Of a stretch of 64,000 nt of DNA, positions 50,515-64,000 are shown one piece after another. Below the pieces are notes generated by a model that was given only the letters and a program-made list of their open reading frames with translations, had not been told where the DNA came from and did no database searches. Position numbers and translations under genes: made by a program. The stretch is from Octopus vulgaris. Taxonomy: Eukaryota. The stretch covers positions 37,014,001 through 37,078,000 of the forward strand of contig OX597825.1 of the NCBI GenBank assembly GCA_951406725.2, given 5' to 3'. Numbering within the stretch: the first letter of the stretch is position 1; the number at the start of each line of letters is the position of its first letter.

Positions 50515-52075
50515 TTAGATAAACTTAGCTATGTTTCATCCGAAACTTGTCCCGGGTTATGCCTAATTTAATAGTATTAAGTGATAGAATCCGGGGCCTA
50601 TTCATGGAGGGAGTTGCTGACTCAGCTGTAGCCAGGTATAATTGATTTATCTGGTATCCTTTGAAGAGATCATTTGAAAGTGATAGGTCTTATTTGAATT
50701 TGATTTGTTTTCGGATAATGTTACGTAAAGCAGGGAAAGGTAATTGTGCTGGAATGTATTTATGTGTTGTGAGCCTGGATTGTGCAAATTATGTAGCGCT
50801 CACGGTATCATTGATAAGAAAATTAAATTTCAAAGTTTTAAGGCGGCCCTATTAATTAAGGTCAGTCATGCCTTTAATATTTTTATTGCTTGGTCTCTGG
50901 GGTGACTTAATTCTCGTAACCTTTTGTTTGATATGGGGTAACCAAGATGACAGTAGAATTCCAAGTGTGGCTCTTCAAAGGAGGAGCTTTAGAATGAAGA
51001 TAAACGTCTCTCTGGACTGTAAAGATCTGAGAATCCAGGAGCGCATATTCCAAGCCATGTCGACTTTATTGTTGATGTGAGCGCTCCAGCTGACGATTAA
51101 TTACTCCTAAGTCTCTGATATTATTTGATGCTGTGAGTAGTTCTCCTGAAGAAATAATATATGACTGCTTCAGCGCATTCTCTTTTTCCATTGTACACGG
51201 GTTCAAATTTTCCCTTATTTAACTGCATATTATTTGTTGTGTTTATCCGAATATAGGCTTAGATCATGCAGATTAGAATGAAGTTTTGTTCGGTCTTTTC
51301 CACAGATAACCTTTTGAAGCTTGGAATCATCTGAGAATATTTGTAGTTTGCTGTGTTAGATGGCATTTGAGATGTCGTTTGTATAGATTAGGAAAAGAAG
51401 TGGGCCCAAAACAGTCCCTTGCAGAATATCACTGGAGACTTTTGCTGGACTTTTGAGTTGACTCTATTTGATCTCAACTTGTTGGATTCTGTTCACCAGG
51501 AAATACTTTAACCAGTGCAGCAGTTTACTACGGATTAAAGAATAGGACAACTTTACAGGAGAAGGGTGTGACCCATTCTGTCGAAGGTTTTGCTAAAATC
51601 AAAATACATAACAAAAGTATACGAGCTCTCTCCCGAAACTTTCGGATATCATCAAAGTGTTTTGTAAAAAAAAATGTTAGACAGTCTCCGCCGAAAGCCA
51701 TAATGGATAGAATTTCGTAGATTGTTGCTCTCAAGGATGCCAGTTATCCTTGATTCCACCACCCTTCCAGATACTTTGATGATATGGGAGGTGAGTGAGA
51801 TTGAGCGATAGTTAACTGCAAGAGACTAAGAAACTAAGATTCGTATATGAAACGTTTTGGTATATAGCCTGAATCTAAAGATTTTTTCCAGATGTTGGTT
51901 GGAGGGGCTACAAGTTGGTGTCTGCAATCATTCAGGGAACTATCAAAGCCCACTGCAAAATAAGGTTTGGTTTCATTTATTACTACGATGATGTTTGAGG
52001 CAGTGAAATTTATATCAGAAATAATATGCTGGAGTATGAGTTCCTTAAAATATTTTACTCAACATTAATGGGATC
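50515..52075 (-). mobile_element. Older 5'-truncated relative of the 13.5-kb CR1-group LINE
   Basis: Same 3' tail (TTAGATAAACTTAG on plus); NYRSISLTSHIIKV and QGTVLGPLLFLIY remnants. Confidence 0.85.
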
Positions 52076-52869
52076 ACTATCTAACCAACGCTCTATCAAC
52101 ATTTAAGCTTAATATTAACATAACCTAAATATAAACATCACTAATAAAAAAAAACGAACACCCTACACAATATGCAACATAAATAAGGGAGCAACACAAA
52201 AAAAAAATGATTATGAATAAACAAGAACACATTAATACAAGCACTACATTCGAAATCAAAATTAGCACACAACTATCAAAGAACATTACAAAAAGGAAAA
52301 TCACGACCGTAACCTATTTTAAGACCAAACCCTAATTTCGGACAGCAACTGGAGTGAAGTTGTGGTCGGCAACACATACCTAAAAATACACCCCCAAAAC
52401 ACCTAAAAACATACCTAAAAATACACCCCAACCTCCGACAGTACTCTAACAAAAATTTACTTCAACTAGTTCACTTCGAGAACAATCAAATGGACAGACC
52501 CTGATGAAGCTGCACGGACAATATTGCAAGTTTGCATTTGCAAAAGTGAGTAGTCACAGCAGTGATCATTATAATATGCTGTGTCTGACTATAATATAAG
52601 TTTTGTGAATGTACAAGTGTCTCTTTATTATTATTAATACAGGTAGAACTTCGCAGTACGAGTGCATCATTGCAGAGTTATTTGCTGTACGAGCCGAGAC
52701 TCGTGCGAATTTTTGTCTTGAAATACAAGCGGAAATCTGCAGTACGAGTACACATATCATCCTATGTTTAAAGTACTTCAGTTAATAAAACTAGTTTACA
52801 TATTTCTTTTGCATTCTGTTTTTTTTTTTAATTGTCATTTTACCTGTAACCACACATTCTTGCTTTGAA

Positions 52870-53015
52870 ACCAATAAACGTTGAGTGGTTTTGGGGGGCT
52901 GGAACGGATTAATTATATTTTCGTTAATTTTAATGGGGAAAATGGATTTGTAAGACGAGTAAATCTAAAGACGAGCTCGTTCATAGAACGAATTAAAGAA
53001 CGAGGTATCACAGTA
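52870..53015 (+). mobile_element. Probable pogo/Tigger-type terminal fragment
   Basis: GGAACGGATTAAT...CGAGGTATCACAGTA resembles a Tigger 3' end. Confidence 0.4.
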
Positions 53016-53032
53016 CTATATATATACATACA

Positions 53033-53990
53033 CAGGGATAAGTCGCTTTATCCATTTCTAATAATAGTAAACATTAATTTCCAAATGACAGAAACAAGGT
53101 AACAATTACATCTTGTCTTCGAATTAATCTTATCTCCTAACAGAATGACGTTTGTACTATTTTTAACCATTACTTTGTGTTATTTCCCCCTTTACCGCTT
53201 AATCATCGTTAAGCTAGCTTTTCTTTTGTCATTCTGTTCATGGTTGTTGTCGATATTGGTATGGTGCAACAATTAACTCTTCAGCTACGAATTTTCGTAA
53301 CAGAGCAGTGGTTGAAACACGATAAAAATTAAACGGCTACAGCTGCAGCATTTGCACAAGAGTTTCCTAATGACATTCCTCTATCACGACAATCAACGTA
53401 TGCTTTAGCTAAGAAGTTTCACAAGACTGGTTCAATAGCCGGCAAGAAAAGAAGTGGGCGCTGCAAGAATGTGAATACCGATGAAAATAAAAACAAAATA
53501 TTAAAACTTTCTATAGAATACACCATTAACATCTGCAGTTCGTGCAAGTTGGAAGTTACAAGTACAAGTTTACGGAGAATAATGAAAGATATTTAATTGG
53601 AAATTCGGTGACCTCGTTTGCTCCATCATATGAATGATGACAGACGTGTAGAATTTTGCGAATGACTACTGCAACTACTGCGTGAGGACATTGGACATCA
53701 GGGACAGAATAATTTGGACCCACGAAGCTTCATTTAAGTTGAACGCTCATGTTAATTTGCACAATGCTGTGTACTACTCCACTGAGAGTCCTCATCTGGT
53801 ATTGGAGACCAACAACCTTTTCCAAAGAATGTGTATGTGAGGAAGAGTACGTTCAACCGATGTATTATATTCTTTGATGGAACGGTCAATTCCCACCGAT
53901 ATCTCGACACGTTGCGTGATTTCGCCGTACCTCAGCTTAACACAGACAATGACATCTCGATGCAGGACGGTGCTCCACCTGATTATCGAA
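53033..53990 (+). mobile_element. Decayed Tc1/mariner-superfamily transposase element
   Basis: KKFHKTGSIAGKKRSGR, IIWTHEA, HVNLHN, FFDGTVNSHRYL, MQDGAPP. Confidence 0.8.
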
Positions 53991-54329
53991 TACCGATCTT
54001 AGGAAAAACGAGTATTTTGGATGGCTTTTTGATGAGATTAATCCACAGCTTAGAAGAACAACATACCTCATATCAATGTAGTTAGTTATCCAAAAATATT
54101 TTCACACTATCTCAACGACAACTACCATTCAAAAGATTGACAAAACTCGTAGTAATGTTAGAATATACATAGAAGTAGTAAGAAACTTTAGGGAGATCTG
54201 AAGAGTAGCAGATCTTCAGAGAAGAAGCTGCCCTCCTCATACAAGCAGGTTTTCGGCCCTAAACTTCTGGATAAACCGCAGGATGGTTAAGGTGCTCTAT
54301 ATTCACGCCAACTTGGTGTTATAACAGTA

Positions 54330-54740
54330 TATTCGAAAACGGCAGCTGACTGTTGTATAATTCATGCCTTTTGAAATTCACTTCCATCCCTAATCGACCA
54401 GATCTAGTTTGAACTCATCTCAGCTGTCTTCTGCCATTGTCTTAAGAGCTCTGGTTTTCTTCCAACAAAAAACAGAAACAGAGCCGCTACATGAAATTAA
54501 TGGCAAATTTGCGCATAAACCCTTTCGCATCCACATATCAGTAGGATAGTGATTATAGCGTATTGGTAAGTCAGCATCTTGTGAATCTCTAGTGTGTGGA
54601 TGGAGTTTGTAAAAAATATCTTTAGATAACGTCTTTGGTATTCTGGAAGCCCAAATATATATCATAGGATTTTATGAGATATGTTGCAAATAAATTGTTG
54701 CACCCAAGGAGAATCATTGTGGAAATTAAATACATACATG
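54330..54740 (-). pseudogene. Possible Naiad-type GIY-YIG relic
   Basis: IYIWAS...K.L.K...H and a downstream Cys pattern; weak. Confidence 0.3.
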
Positions 54741-56043
54741 TACTGTATTAGTTTTTACGTTAACATTGATTTCAAATTTTGGCATCGAGCGAGCAATTTT
54801 GGAGGAGGAGTGGTAAAATACATCGATCCCAGTGATCAATTGGCGCTTATTTTATCGACCCTTAGTGTCGATAAAATAAGCACCAAAGTAATCGCCTAAC
54901 CTGAAACCCGCGAAATTTCTGGTCTTGTGTCAAAATTTAAAATCAGAATTACTTGGTAATAATGACTTCACGTTTTGGTACAAGGCCAGCAAGTTCGGGG
55001 GAGGGTTAAGTCGATTACATTGAATCCAGTGTTCAATTGGTACATATTTTATCGATCCCGAAAGGATGAAAGGTAAAGTCGGTCTCAGCAGAATTTGAAC
55101 CAAAAACGTTGAGAATGACAAAATGCCGCTAAGCATTTTGTCCAGTGCGGTAACGAATCTGCCTGCTCACCGCCGTTTCACTTGGTAATAATACTATATA
55201 CATTAATATTTTAAGCAACAAAATCTTTCCTCAAACACAGGCAACTCGTTCAGTAAATACTTTTTCATAACAAAAAATGATTCTGGCAATATTCTGATAT
55301 AAAATTCCATTATTCAGCCTACTATATCACCAGTTCTATAAAAATTGCCTGCGGACAAGAAGATATTAATTATAAATCATGTATAGAATATAATGAAAAA
55401 AATTTGAATTCGAATTTCAAATTTCAATACTGCACTTGAATATATATGATTGTTAGGACAATTGTATCGATTACTTCCTTATTTTTTTTGTTTTCAAAAA
55501 AAAAAGGGAAAAGTAAAAAAAAGAAAACCACAATTTACTAATGCGCCAATGACTTGCGTGTGACCAGAATTTGTAAAACGGACGGAAGCAACGCGAGAAA
55601 ATGTGTGTATGTACGTGTGTATGTATGTATGTATCTATCTATCTACCTATCAATATATATTTGTGTGTGTTTGTGCGTATCTGTGTGAGTGTATTGTTTG
55701 TGTGCGTATCTAAACATACGCATACGTCTCTGCATGTACATGTATATGTAAACTCGCATGCATATACATACATTCTTGTACATTCGTTCGGAACACAAGG
55801 CTTACAGATTCAAAATAAAGGATTTCATATTCCAGCAAGTTGAGTGTGTTATGTCGTTTAATAGGTGACCGCTCAACAGAGAAAAATTCTATTTGGATGC
55901 TAAAAGCGAGATAATAGCATTAACACTGTAAAATAATCTGCTTACAAGTAACTTACATATACACACACACACACATATGTGTGTGTGTGCGCGTATGTAT
56001 GTATTTATATCTATATCTATATCTGTCTGTCTGTCTCTCTCTA

Positions 56044-56080
<37 letters not shown>

Positions 56081-56107
56081 TCATATACACACGCACATGC
56101 GTACACA

Positions 56108-56672
56108 AACACACACACGTGCGCGCGTATACACACGTATAGACTAGAGAATACTGAAAAGTTCTTGGCTTTAAGGATGTCGCGAAATGCCTGGTTAGAG
56201 GCCCAGACTTCCGAGTTCTTTTGGAGAGTTTAGCAAATGTGAAGGACCGCTGCAATAAGTGTGTGAATCTGAGAGGGGAATATGTTGAATAAAACCATAA
56301 TTAAGTGATCCTCTTGCTTATTGTCATATTTATATAAATACACAAACACACACATATATATATCCACACACACACACACATACATACATATATACATACA
56401 CACACATATATACATACAACACACACACGTGCGCGCGTACACACACGTATAGACTAGAGAATACTGAAAAGTTCTTGGCTTTAAGGATGTCGCGAAATGC
56501 CTGGTTAGAGGCCCAGACTTCCGAGTTCTTTTGGAGAGTTTAGCAAATGTGAAGGACCGCTGCAATAAGTGTGTGAATCTGAGAGGGGAATATGTTGAAT
56601 AAAACCATAATTAAGTGATCCTCTTGCTTATTGTCTTTTACCAAAAGCGAGGAACTGTTCAGCACCTCCTCG
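56108..56672 (+). mobile_element. Mariner MITE (56455-56672) with a 310-bp-period tandem duplicate (56108-56325)
   Basis: TIR-like CTGAAAAGTTCTTGGCTTT / AAAGCGAGGAACTGTTCAG; transposase C-terminus KCVNLRGEYVE*. Confidence 0.8.
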
Positions 56673-56793
56673 TGTGTATGTATGTAAGTATGTATATATA
56701 TATATTTATATAAATACACAAATACACACATATATATATCCACACACACACACACACATACATACATATATACATACACACACATATATACAT

Positions 56794-56824
<31 letters not shown>

Positions 56825-56922
56825 GTGAGAATTTGCAAAAAAACAAACAAACCAAAAGACGAAGACGGGTGTATAAACAACAAACAGATGTATTAGTTTA
56901 ACGCTCGGGAAGTGAGAAAGTA

Positions 56923-56956
56923 TTTTACGTTTCGAGCTTACGCTCTTCGACAGAAA
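56923..56956 (-). ncRNA. Minimal hammerhead relic
   Basis: TTT-CTGTCGA-A-GAGC-GTAA-GCTC-GAAAC-GTA-AAA. Confidence 0.5.
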
Positions 56957-57004
56957 GAAACACAAAAATAAACAGGGAGAGAAAATAGATAGAGGTTTAG
57001 TGGC

Positions 57005-57045
<41 letters not shown>

Positions 57046-58431
57046 ATATATATATATACATATATTCATATTTTTATTTCTGTGTTACCTGTGTGCATCA
57101 CCTTACCTATATTTGTATATATATATACCTGCGAGTGTGTGCGCGCGTTTTAGTGTCTGTGTTTGCCTTCTCCATTACTTGGTAACCGGTTTTGTTATGT
57201 TTACGTCCCTGTAAATGGCTGACTCAGAAAAAGAAACCGATAGAATAAGTACCAGGCTTAAAAAAAGGTAATAGTCGATTTCCTCGACTAAATTTCCCAA
57301 AGCGGAGCCAGTATGACTGCAGTCGAATGAGCGAAGCAAGTATAAAATAAAAGGTAAAAGATTAAAGATTTAACGCACACGCACACACACATAATATTTT
57401 TTGAAATAAGCAATTACACGGTACTTCAGTCGGTAGGTAAAACCTAGGTTATCTTCGCTGGGTTCCATACAGCATAAAATGTATATAATCAAAACACCAT
57501 AAAGAATAATGGAGAATAATACATCTTAATAAATGATTTCTCCCTACGCAGACATCTCAAAGTAAATGGAGACCATCACTTTTGTTTTTATTTTAGAAAT
57601 TTTGCTAGTCGAAGAAGAGATATAATTCTAGCCACTCTGCCATAGTAGAGCAATAAATTTGATACTCCACAGAAGTACTCCAACTCACTGCTTTGCAACA
57701 TCCGGTGCCATACAAAGCGGGATTATTTTCAACAATACCCTTGACTACCCGAACGCACCGGTTAGCGGGATTCTGTTGGTTACTTCTATCTATCTATCTA
57801 TCTACAATTACCCTGTTGATTGTGATAAGAGGAAACCCAACGTTTTGCGCAATCTCACGTTGGCTAAGTCAACCCTCGGATCGATCCACAATACGTTCTC
57901 TTAAAATTCAGACAACTCATTGGCTTCTGGTGCTTGTGGCATGGTTAGTTGCTATAAAGAATTAATATATTTTAATCTGAAAAGAAAACGATTATGTCAT
58001 TACAATATGAGGTGCAAGATGAGTGCTTGGTGGGAAGATATTAATAGTATACAGAAAAAGAGAGGAGCGAGAGAACATCAGAGGGACAGGGGAAGAGGGG
58101 GAAGAAAATGACAAAGTAATTATGGCGCATAGTTACGTATATGCATGTGTGAAACCAAAGATGTGCGTTGGTGTTTGTATGAGATAGACTACAAAAAAAT
58201 CTAGAGAATACATATATTTCTGCATATAGTATATACTACAAACATTGTGAAGACAGACTTTCTCTTTTTCCATAGTTTATCTTCAAATGAATTACAATAC
58301 ATTATTCTCCGTGTTGATATTATATTTCAGAAGTTAACACACACACACATACAGACACACCTACACACACATATAGACACACCTACACGACGCTCTCCCC
58401 ACTCCCACATGCAACTTCATATGTATATGTA

Positions 58432-59145
58432 CGAGGTGGTATCAAAAAGTTCCCAAACTAGTTCAGTAGCGCGCCAAAAGATGGCAGCAAAAAGTTGCAT
58501 GCGCAGTGAGAGCTAGCAATGACCTTCACGAGGCAGTGTTCCAAGTGACATCGCTGTGTTTACTTTGCATGTTGGGAGATTTGTGTTTTTGTGATCACGT
58601 GCATGCTTTAGTCTGCGATTTTTGTCATGGATAGGAAACTGGAACAAAGAGCCAACGGGAAATCTTGCGTTAAGCTTGGGAAGTCTACTAGAGAGACATT
58701 GAGCATGCTTCGGCAAGCTTACGGCGACGAGGCAATGGGTCGTACGCAATATTTCGAGTGGTACGGGCGTTTCGAAGTCGGAAGAAATCCCTGGAAGATG
58801 ATGAACAATATGGAAGACCTGCCACGGATGTCATCCCCGGAAATGGGGTGAAATCCATCAGCTTGTGCATAAGGACAGACAACAAAGTTTTGAAGCCTTT
58901 GAGGGAGGGCATTCGGCAAAAGTGATCGAATGTGTGGAGCAACGAAGACTATTTACGACGACAATGCACCCTGTCGCCGAGCTATCCCCGCTCGTGAGCT
59001 TCTCACCAAAAACACCATGGTATCGCTTTCGCACCCACCCTATTTGCCAGATTTAGCATCTGCGGACTTTCGTCTCTTCCTCAAGAGGAAAATGCAGCTC
59101 AAAGGTCACCGTTTAAACACAGTTGTCGAAATCCAGAGCGTATTG
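58432..59145 (+). mobile_element. Internally deleted mariner transposon
   Basis: TA|CGAGGTGGTATCAAAAAGTTCC end; EQRANGKSCVKLGKSTRETLSML..AYGDEA; DNAP, HPPYLPDLASADF.LF. Confidence 0.88.
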
Positions 59146-60417
59146 CTGCTCTTTCTGTTAAAATGCAACGTTGGCATTCAATAATCAGAAATCGATAAAA
59201 TATTTAATATCGAATGGAAATAAGTATTGGAATTGACTAAATCTGTCTATGACAGTCTTTCAGTATAGCCATAGGTCAACGTCTTTATACAATGAAAATG
59301 AAATAACAAAAGGAATATAATAAACAGAAGTTTCAAGAAACAGTGGTTATTATGGTGTTCTGGCCAATGTAATTGTTACAACAAATTAACAATGAATGCA
59401 CTTTTTACCGTCTCATCAACTAGCCTTCCTTTACGTCAGCTACACCTAAAGCTCTTCGTTTCTTCGAAGAAAGACTGACTATGCCTGTAACTTGAGGGCA
59501 CCTATAACTGCACTGCACTTGCGCTTTCCATATTCAATAAATTTTATTCCCAGTTCTTTTGCATGAGCTACAGCATTTTTTTGTTACTTTTTGCTATTTT
59601 GTTTTTCATTTTCCCGAAATTAATGGAATTCGATAGAGAAATTAATCAAATCTTGTATTATGTGAAAATGGAAATTCAAACTAATTTTCTTAATTTCCTT
59701 GTTTTTACAACAATTTCCTGTTAAAACAAATATATCCAATTAAACTCTACTTCGATGTGTTGTTGGTAGAACTGAATGATCAATGCACTCTCAGCGCTTC
59801 TAGCAGGTCCCTAGACCATGGAAACATCAGAACTCAGAACTACATGCTAAAAGAAAACACTAGTTAATAAATTAGTGCTTTTTAATGATTGAAACGTGTT
59901 TTCCTAATCGAAGGAAAGAAAGAACACATGAAGCTAAAGTAATCGCTAGACGAATTGCTGATACTGTTACTGGTAGGCAATATGTGGAGCAGAGGGCAAT
60001 AATTAATAGTTGTACCATTTGACAGCAATGTTGCCTGAACTTGTCGAAAGTATCGTGACTGTGGATACAATGCAGTTCTAGTAATGCAATGCTTATAATG
60101 TATGGATGTGTATATGAATGTATTTATAGATGTATCTATGTATGCATGCTAAATATGTATGCTTGTGTTACATACTGTGGTTGTCCGTCGCCGAAATACG
60201 TGAAATATTCAATGAAAACTTTCATAGTCGAATAAAGGTTTCCTGTCAACGTAAGTCGTGAGCTGTTTGAACACCTACTACAAGAGACGCCCAACATTGT
60301 TACATTTTTAATTGTGCAAAAGAGTGTGGGTCTCTAGAAGAACTAAAAAGCTACATTGAAAAAAAAAACTCAAGTGATAACATTGCTCGAAATCGACTTG
60401 CAGCCATCATCATGTTC

Positions 60418-60448
<31 letters not shown>

Positions 60449-60627
60449 TGTATGTATGTATGTATGTAGGCGCAGGCATAGCGGCGTGTTAAGAAGTTTG
60501 CTTCCCAGACACATGGTTCCGGGTTCAATCTCACTGCTTGGCACCTTGAATAAGTATCTTCTATAACTTCAGGCATACCAAAGCCTTGTGAGTGAATTAA
60601 CTGGACGAAAACTGAAAGAAACCCGTC

Positions 60628-60697
<70 letters not shown>

Positions 60698-62042
60698 GTG
60701 TGTGTATGTGTGTGTATCTATGTATCTATCTATCTCTATAAATATCTATATATTTTTATATATGTAGATATGTGTGTGTCTTGTAGCTGTGCCCCACCAC
60801 TGCTTGTGAACGGTGTCGGTGTATTTACGTCTCCATCAATTAGCGGTTCGGTAAAAGTGTCCGATAGAATAAGTCCAGGTTACAAAAAATAAGTAGTGGA
60901 ATCGGTTCGGCTGACTAAAATTCTTCAAGATGATGCTCCATCACTGACACAGTGTAATGACAGAAAAAAGGAAAAGATAATGTATTTATGTATGAACGTA
61001 TGCTTGTGTTACATACTGTGACTACTCATCTGTGCACACCTGTCAATGCCATGTATGCCATAAGGATAGCAAACCTAAAGGAGGCCTCAAAAGGCATTTT
61101 AAGATCCACAAGGATCAGAACTTAATTGCAACTCTTGGTGGTCCAAAGCAGATATGTTAGTTAATGAGGAGAGAACGCTTGAAAATACTTTCTTGTTTTA
61201 TCTTCGGTTACAGAAAAGTTTTTCATATTTTTGTATAAATTCTTTGCAGTTTGCTTTGGAATGTGGCTTCATAAATCTACCATCAATGATTCTGAACCCA
61301 CAGCAACTCAATTTTTGAAAGTAAAATTTGGAATACTCGAGCATCCTAACGAACTACTTTACAATATAAATCGATCAAATTTTGGTTCGACTGCTTTTGT
61401 ATACCTGCGATTTCCTCACAGTGTTGCATATGAACAATGAAACCCTCATATGACTCACAGTGTTGCTGATGAAGGCATCTCATGCGCATAAAAATCACGA
61501 GTACATACGAACATCTAACTACAAAACACTTGATTAGAGAAGGTACTGAATAAATAATGTTTTTATTTTATATACAATATTCAGCTTCATTTAATTTCAA
61601 GTATCTCTTCAATCCAGCTGCATTTATCTATCTAATGCTTTAAATCTACATTTTTCACTTTTATTGGGCTCTGTTGATAATCGCTTTCCACAAAGTAAAT
61701 ATTTTCGATATTATTGTAAAATATCTATTCTTATAATTACTATATCTCCTCATTAAAATACTTAACTTTTTTTCATTCCATGAAAATTTTAAATTGATAA
61801 ATTCACTTCTAGTGTTTCATGCAGCAAATAACTAACTTGTAGATCTGTGTCTTTGGTGGAATGTACTGAATAATTAAGGTTGACGTAAGATTTTTCATTA
61901 TAAATTGCTATGTCGGTTGCATTGTAATGGGCGGATAGATGGGTAGAGTGATCGGAGAAGAGAAATATGAGAGAAAGAGAGAGAGAGAGAAAAAAAGTGA
62001 GAGAGAGAGAGTGAGAGAGAGAGAATGTAACATATATATATG

Positions 62043-62127
<85 letters not shown>

Positions 62128-62403
62128 GTATGTACATATATATATATGTATATATATGTGTGTATATATATGTATATATATATGTGTGTATGTATATATA
62201 TGTATATGTATATATATATCGAGAGATAGAGGGAAAGAGAGAGAAAGAAAGAGAGAGTGATGGAAATACAAAAGAGATACACATAACGAGATCGCAATAT
62301 ATACATATATATAAACACATACTCACACATACACAGATACACAGGTAGGGAGATGAACAGTCAAACGCATAGGCAAACAGACATATAGTTAAAGGAGATA
62401 GAG

Positions 62404-62451
<48 letters not shown>

Positions 62452-63099
62452 GGAGAGAGACGGAGAAAGATTATCCATAGCAGTATTTAATTTTCTGTTC
62501 TAAAGTAAGTTCTCATGATGCTATTAATTAAGAATGCGAAATAATTAGACAGAATTGAGAATTTGTCGAATAATAATTAATTTAACAAACGATGCATGGA
62601 TAAGGATGGGTTAAATAAGTGAAATATAAACAAATTTTAATTTTTAGGCTAGATTCAATTCACTTTCACTATTGATGATATTGACAAAAGCATGAATGTC
62701 ACAACTTCCAGTTTCTTGAAAGTAATATATAGTGTTGACGCTGATAAAGAAAAGTCAATAGTTAATTGAATTAAAAAACAGTTTTGAAGTATTAAGTGTA
62801 TTGTCGATTAAATTGATTCTAATATGTTATTTGCACTTATTTTATCGATCCAGAATTCATGAAAGTAAAAATAACTTTCGGAGAGATTTTAAAATGATAA
62901 AACACAAGGAAAAGACTAAACAGTATCAGGTATATATTTACTTCAATAATGCTGAGTTGCTACCATCTTACCATCATAAACTCTGACAGAATTTGTAAAG
63001 AAGGACCTTCATTTTCCTAGTCATAGATGTAAACTCTGCTTCCACTTATTCTCATTTTTATGGTTCAATCAGAAGATGAAAAGCTGTACCCATATCTCT

Positions 63100-63990
63100 T
63101 TTGCATTTTCATCGAAACTGGTGCTAGAAAGGAAGGAAGAAATAGTGAATCATAATTTAACACAGATAAAAGAACAGAATGGACCCCATTAAAAGCACCC
63201 ACACGACAGGTTCAAGTCTGAGACCAAAATGATGGATTATGATTACTACTCATGACGTGGTTATCAGACTTCACGATTGGGATTAGCTGAATTATGATGT
63301 GTTGGAAAATGAACTTCGGCTACAATTTGTTGCTCTTTCTAAATGACATCTCTTGCGGTTGCATAGAGATAAGCATAGGTAGAGAGATAGATAGAAACAG
63401 GGGTGGGGGGTGGGGTGGATTTCTGCTTACAACTTCCGTTTCCGCATGAGCCCTGAAGCTAGAAACAATTAAAGCAACCTACTTTTGTCCTTGATAGTTG
63501 TGTTCTTTTTTGCTTCTGGTTAGACCGTTTGTGTATCGAAAACTGTGTTTTTTGTTGTTACAAATCTTTGAGTAAGATTGGCTTCTGAATGTCTTCCAAA
63601 TAATAAACTCCAGATTTCCGTCCTCTATTCATGTGGGTTTGCATTCCTCTGGTATCGTCATTTAGATGATTCCCCACATTAGTTTTGACATTTGTGTGCT
63701 CTGATATAGAAGAGATAAATAAAATCTTTCAAGAAAACTTTAACAAACAAGTCTTTCTCTCACAGTATTGCCGAACACTTTCCATTCACGATTTTTTTCT
63801 TATTAAATTAGAAGTGGGGAAAGACTGTGCTTATGGAATTTTAGGGCTCTGCCCGACTCTGTGTTGAGTTATTAACGTGAACCTCAACAGAGACTTGTAC
63901 CGCAAAGTTAATTTTCTTATTCTTTTTGATCAGAGGGAAATAAAATGTCAACTAACGAAAATAATTTCCTAGTCGCATCATTAATAGGTG
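63100..63990 (+). mobile_element. Decayed PLE RT fragment
   Basis: LWYRHLDD at ~63648-63670 (cf. WFRYVDD), LCIENCVF upstream, FPF..F downstream. Confidence 0.5.
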
Positions 63991-64000
63991 GTTTGAGAAC

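Noticed and set aside
52500-52570. CTGATGA motif
   Set aside because: No correctly placed GAAA or stems in either normal or permuted order.
61415-61490. GAAA followed 23 nt later by CTGATGA
   Set aside because: Spacing resembles the permuted HHR but no complementary stems I-III; only a 13-bp direct repeat CTCACAGTGTTGC.

Overview
Eukaryotic, AT-rich, microsatellite-dense intergenic or intronic DNA. The SINE families suggest a coleoid cephalopod (Octopus-like); this is an inference. I recognise no host protein-coding gene, rRNA, true tRNA or CRISPR array. The window is a mosaic of mobile elements: a near full-length CR1-group LINE (13.5-17.6 kb, minus) plus an older copy, two R4/Dong-type non-LTR relics, a ~7.9-kb decayed Helitron with identifiable termini, several Tc1/mariner derivatives, many tRNA-derived SINEs and many Penelope-like element (PLE) fragments. 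The main signal is RNA structure: about a dozen hammerhead ribozyme (HHR) motifs. Three of them (4716-4781, 24501-24569, 25540-25608) have the three HHR strands in reversed, non-circularly permuted order (cleavage strand, then GAAA strand, then CUGANGA strand), with conserved spacing and covarying stems, inside ORF-less, partially tandem, retrozyme-like elements. Also present are U3-A8 core variants, probable dimer-dependent minimal HHRs, an HHR-bearing tRNA SINE, and a LINE ORF1 combining a trihelix Myb/SANT-like domain with CCCH zinc fingers. All calls were made by eye; boundaries of decayed elements are approximate.
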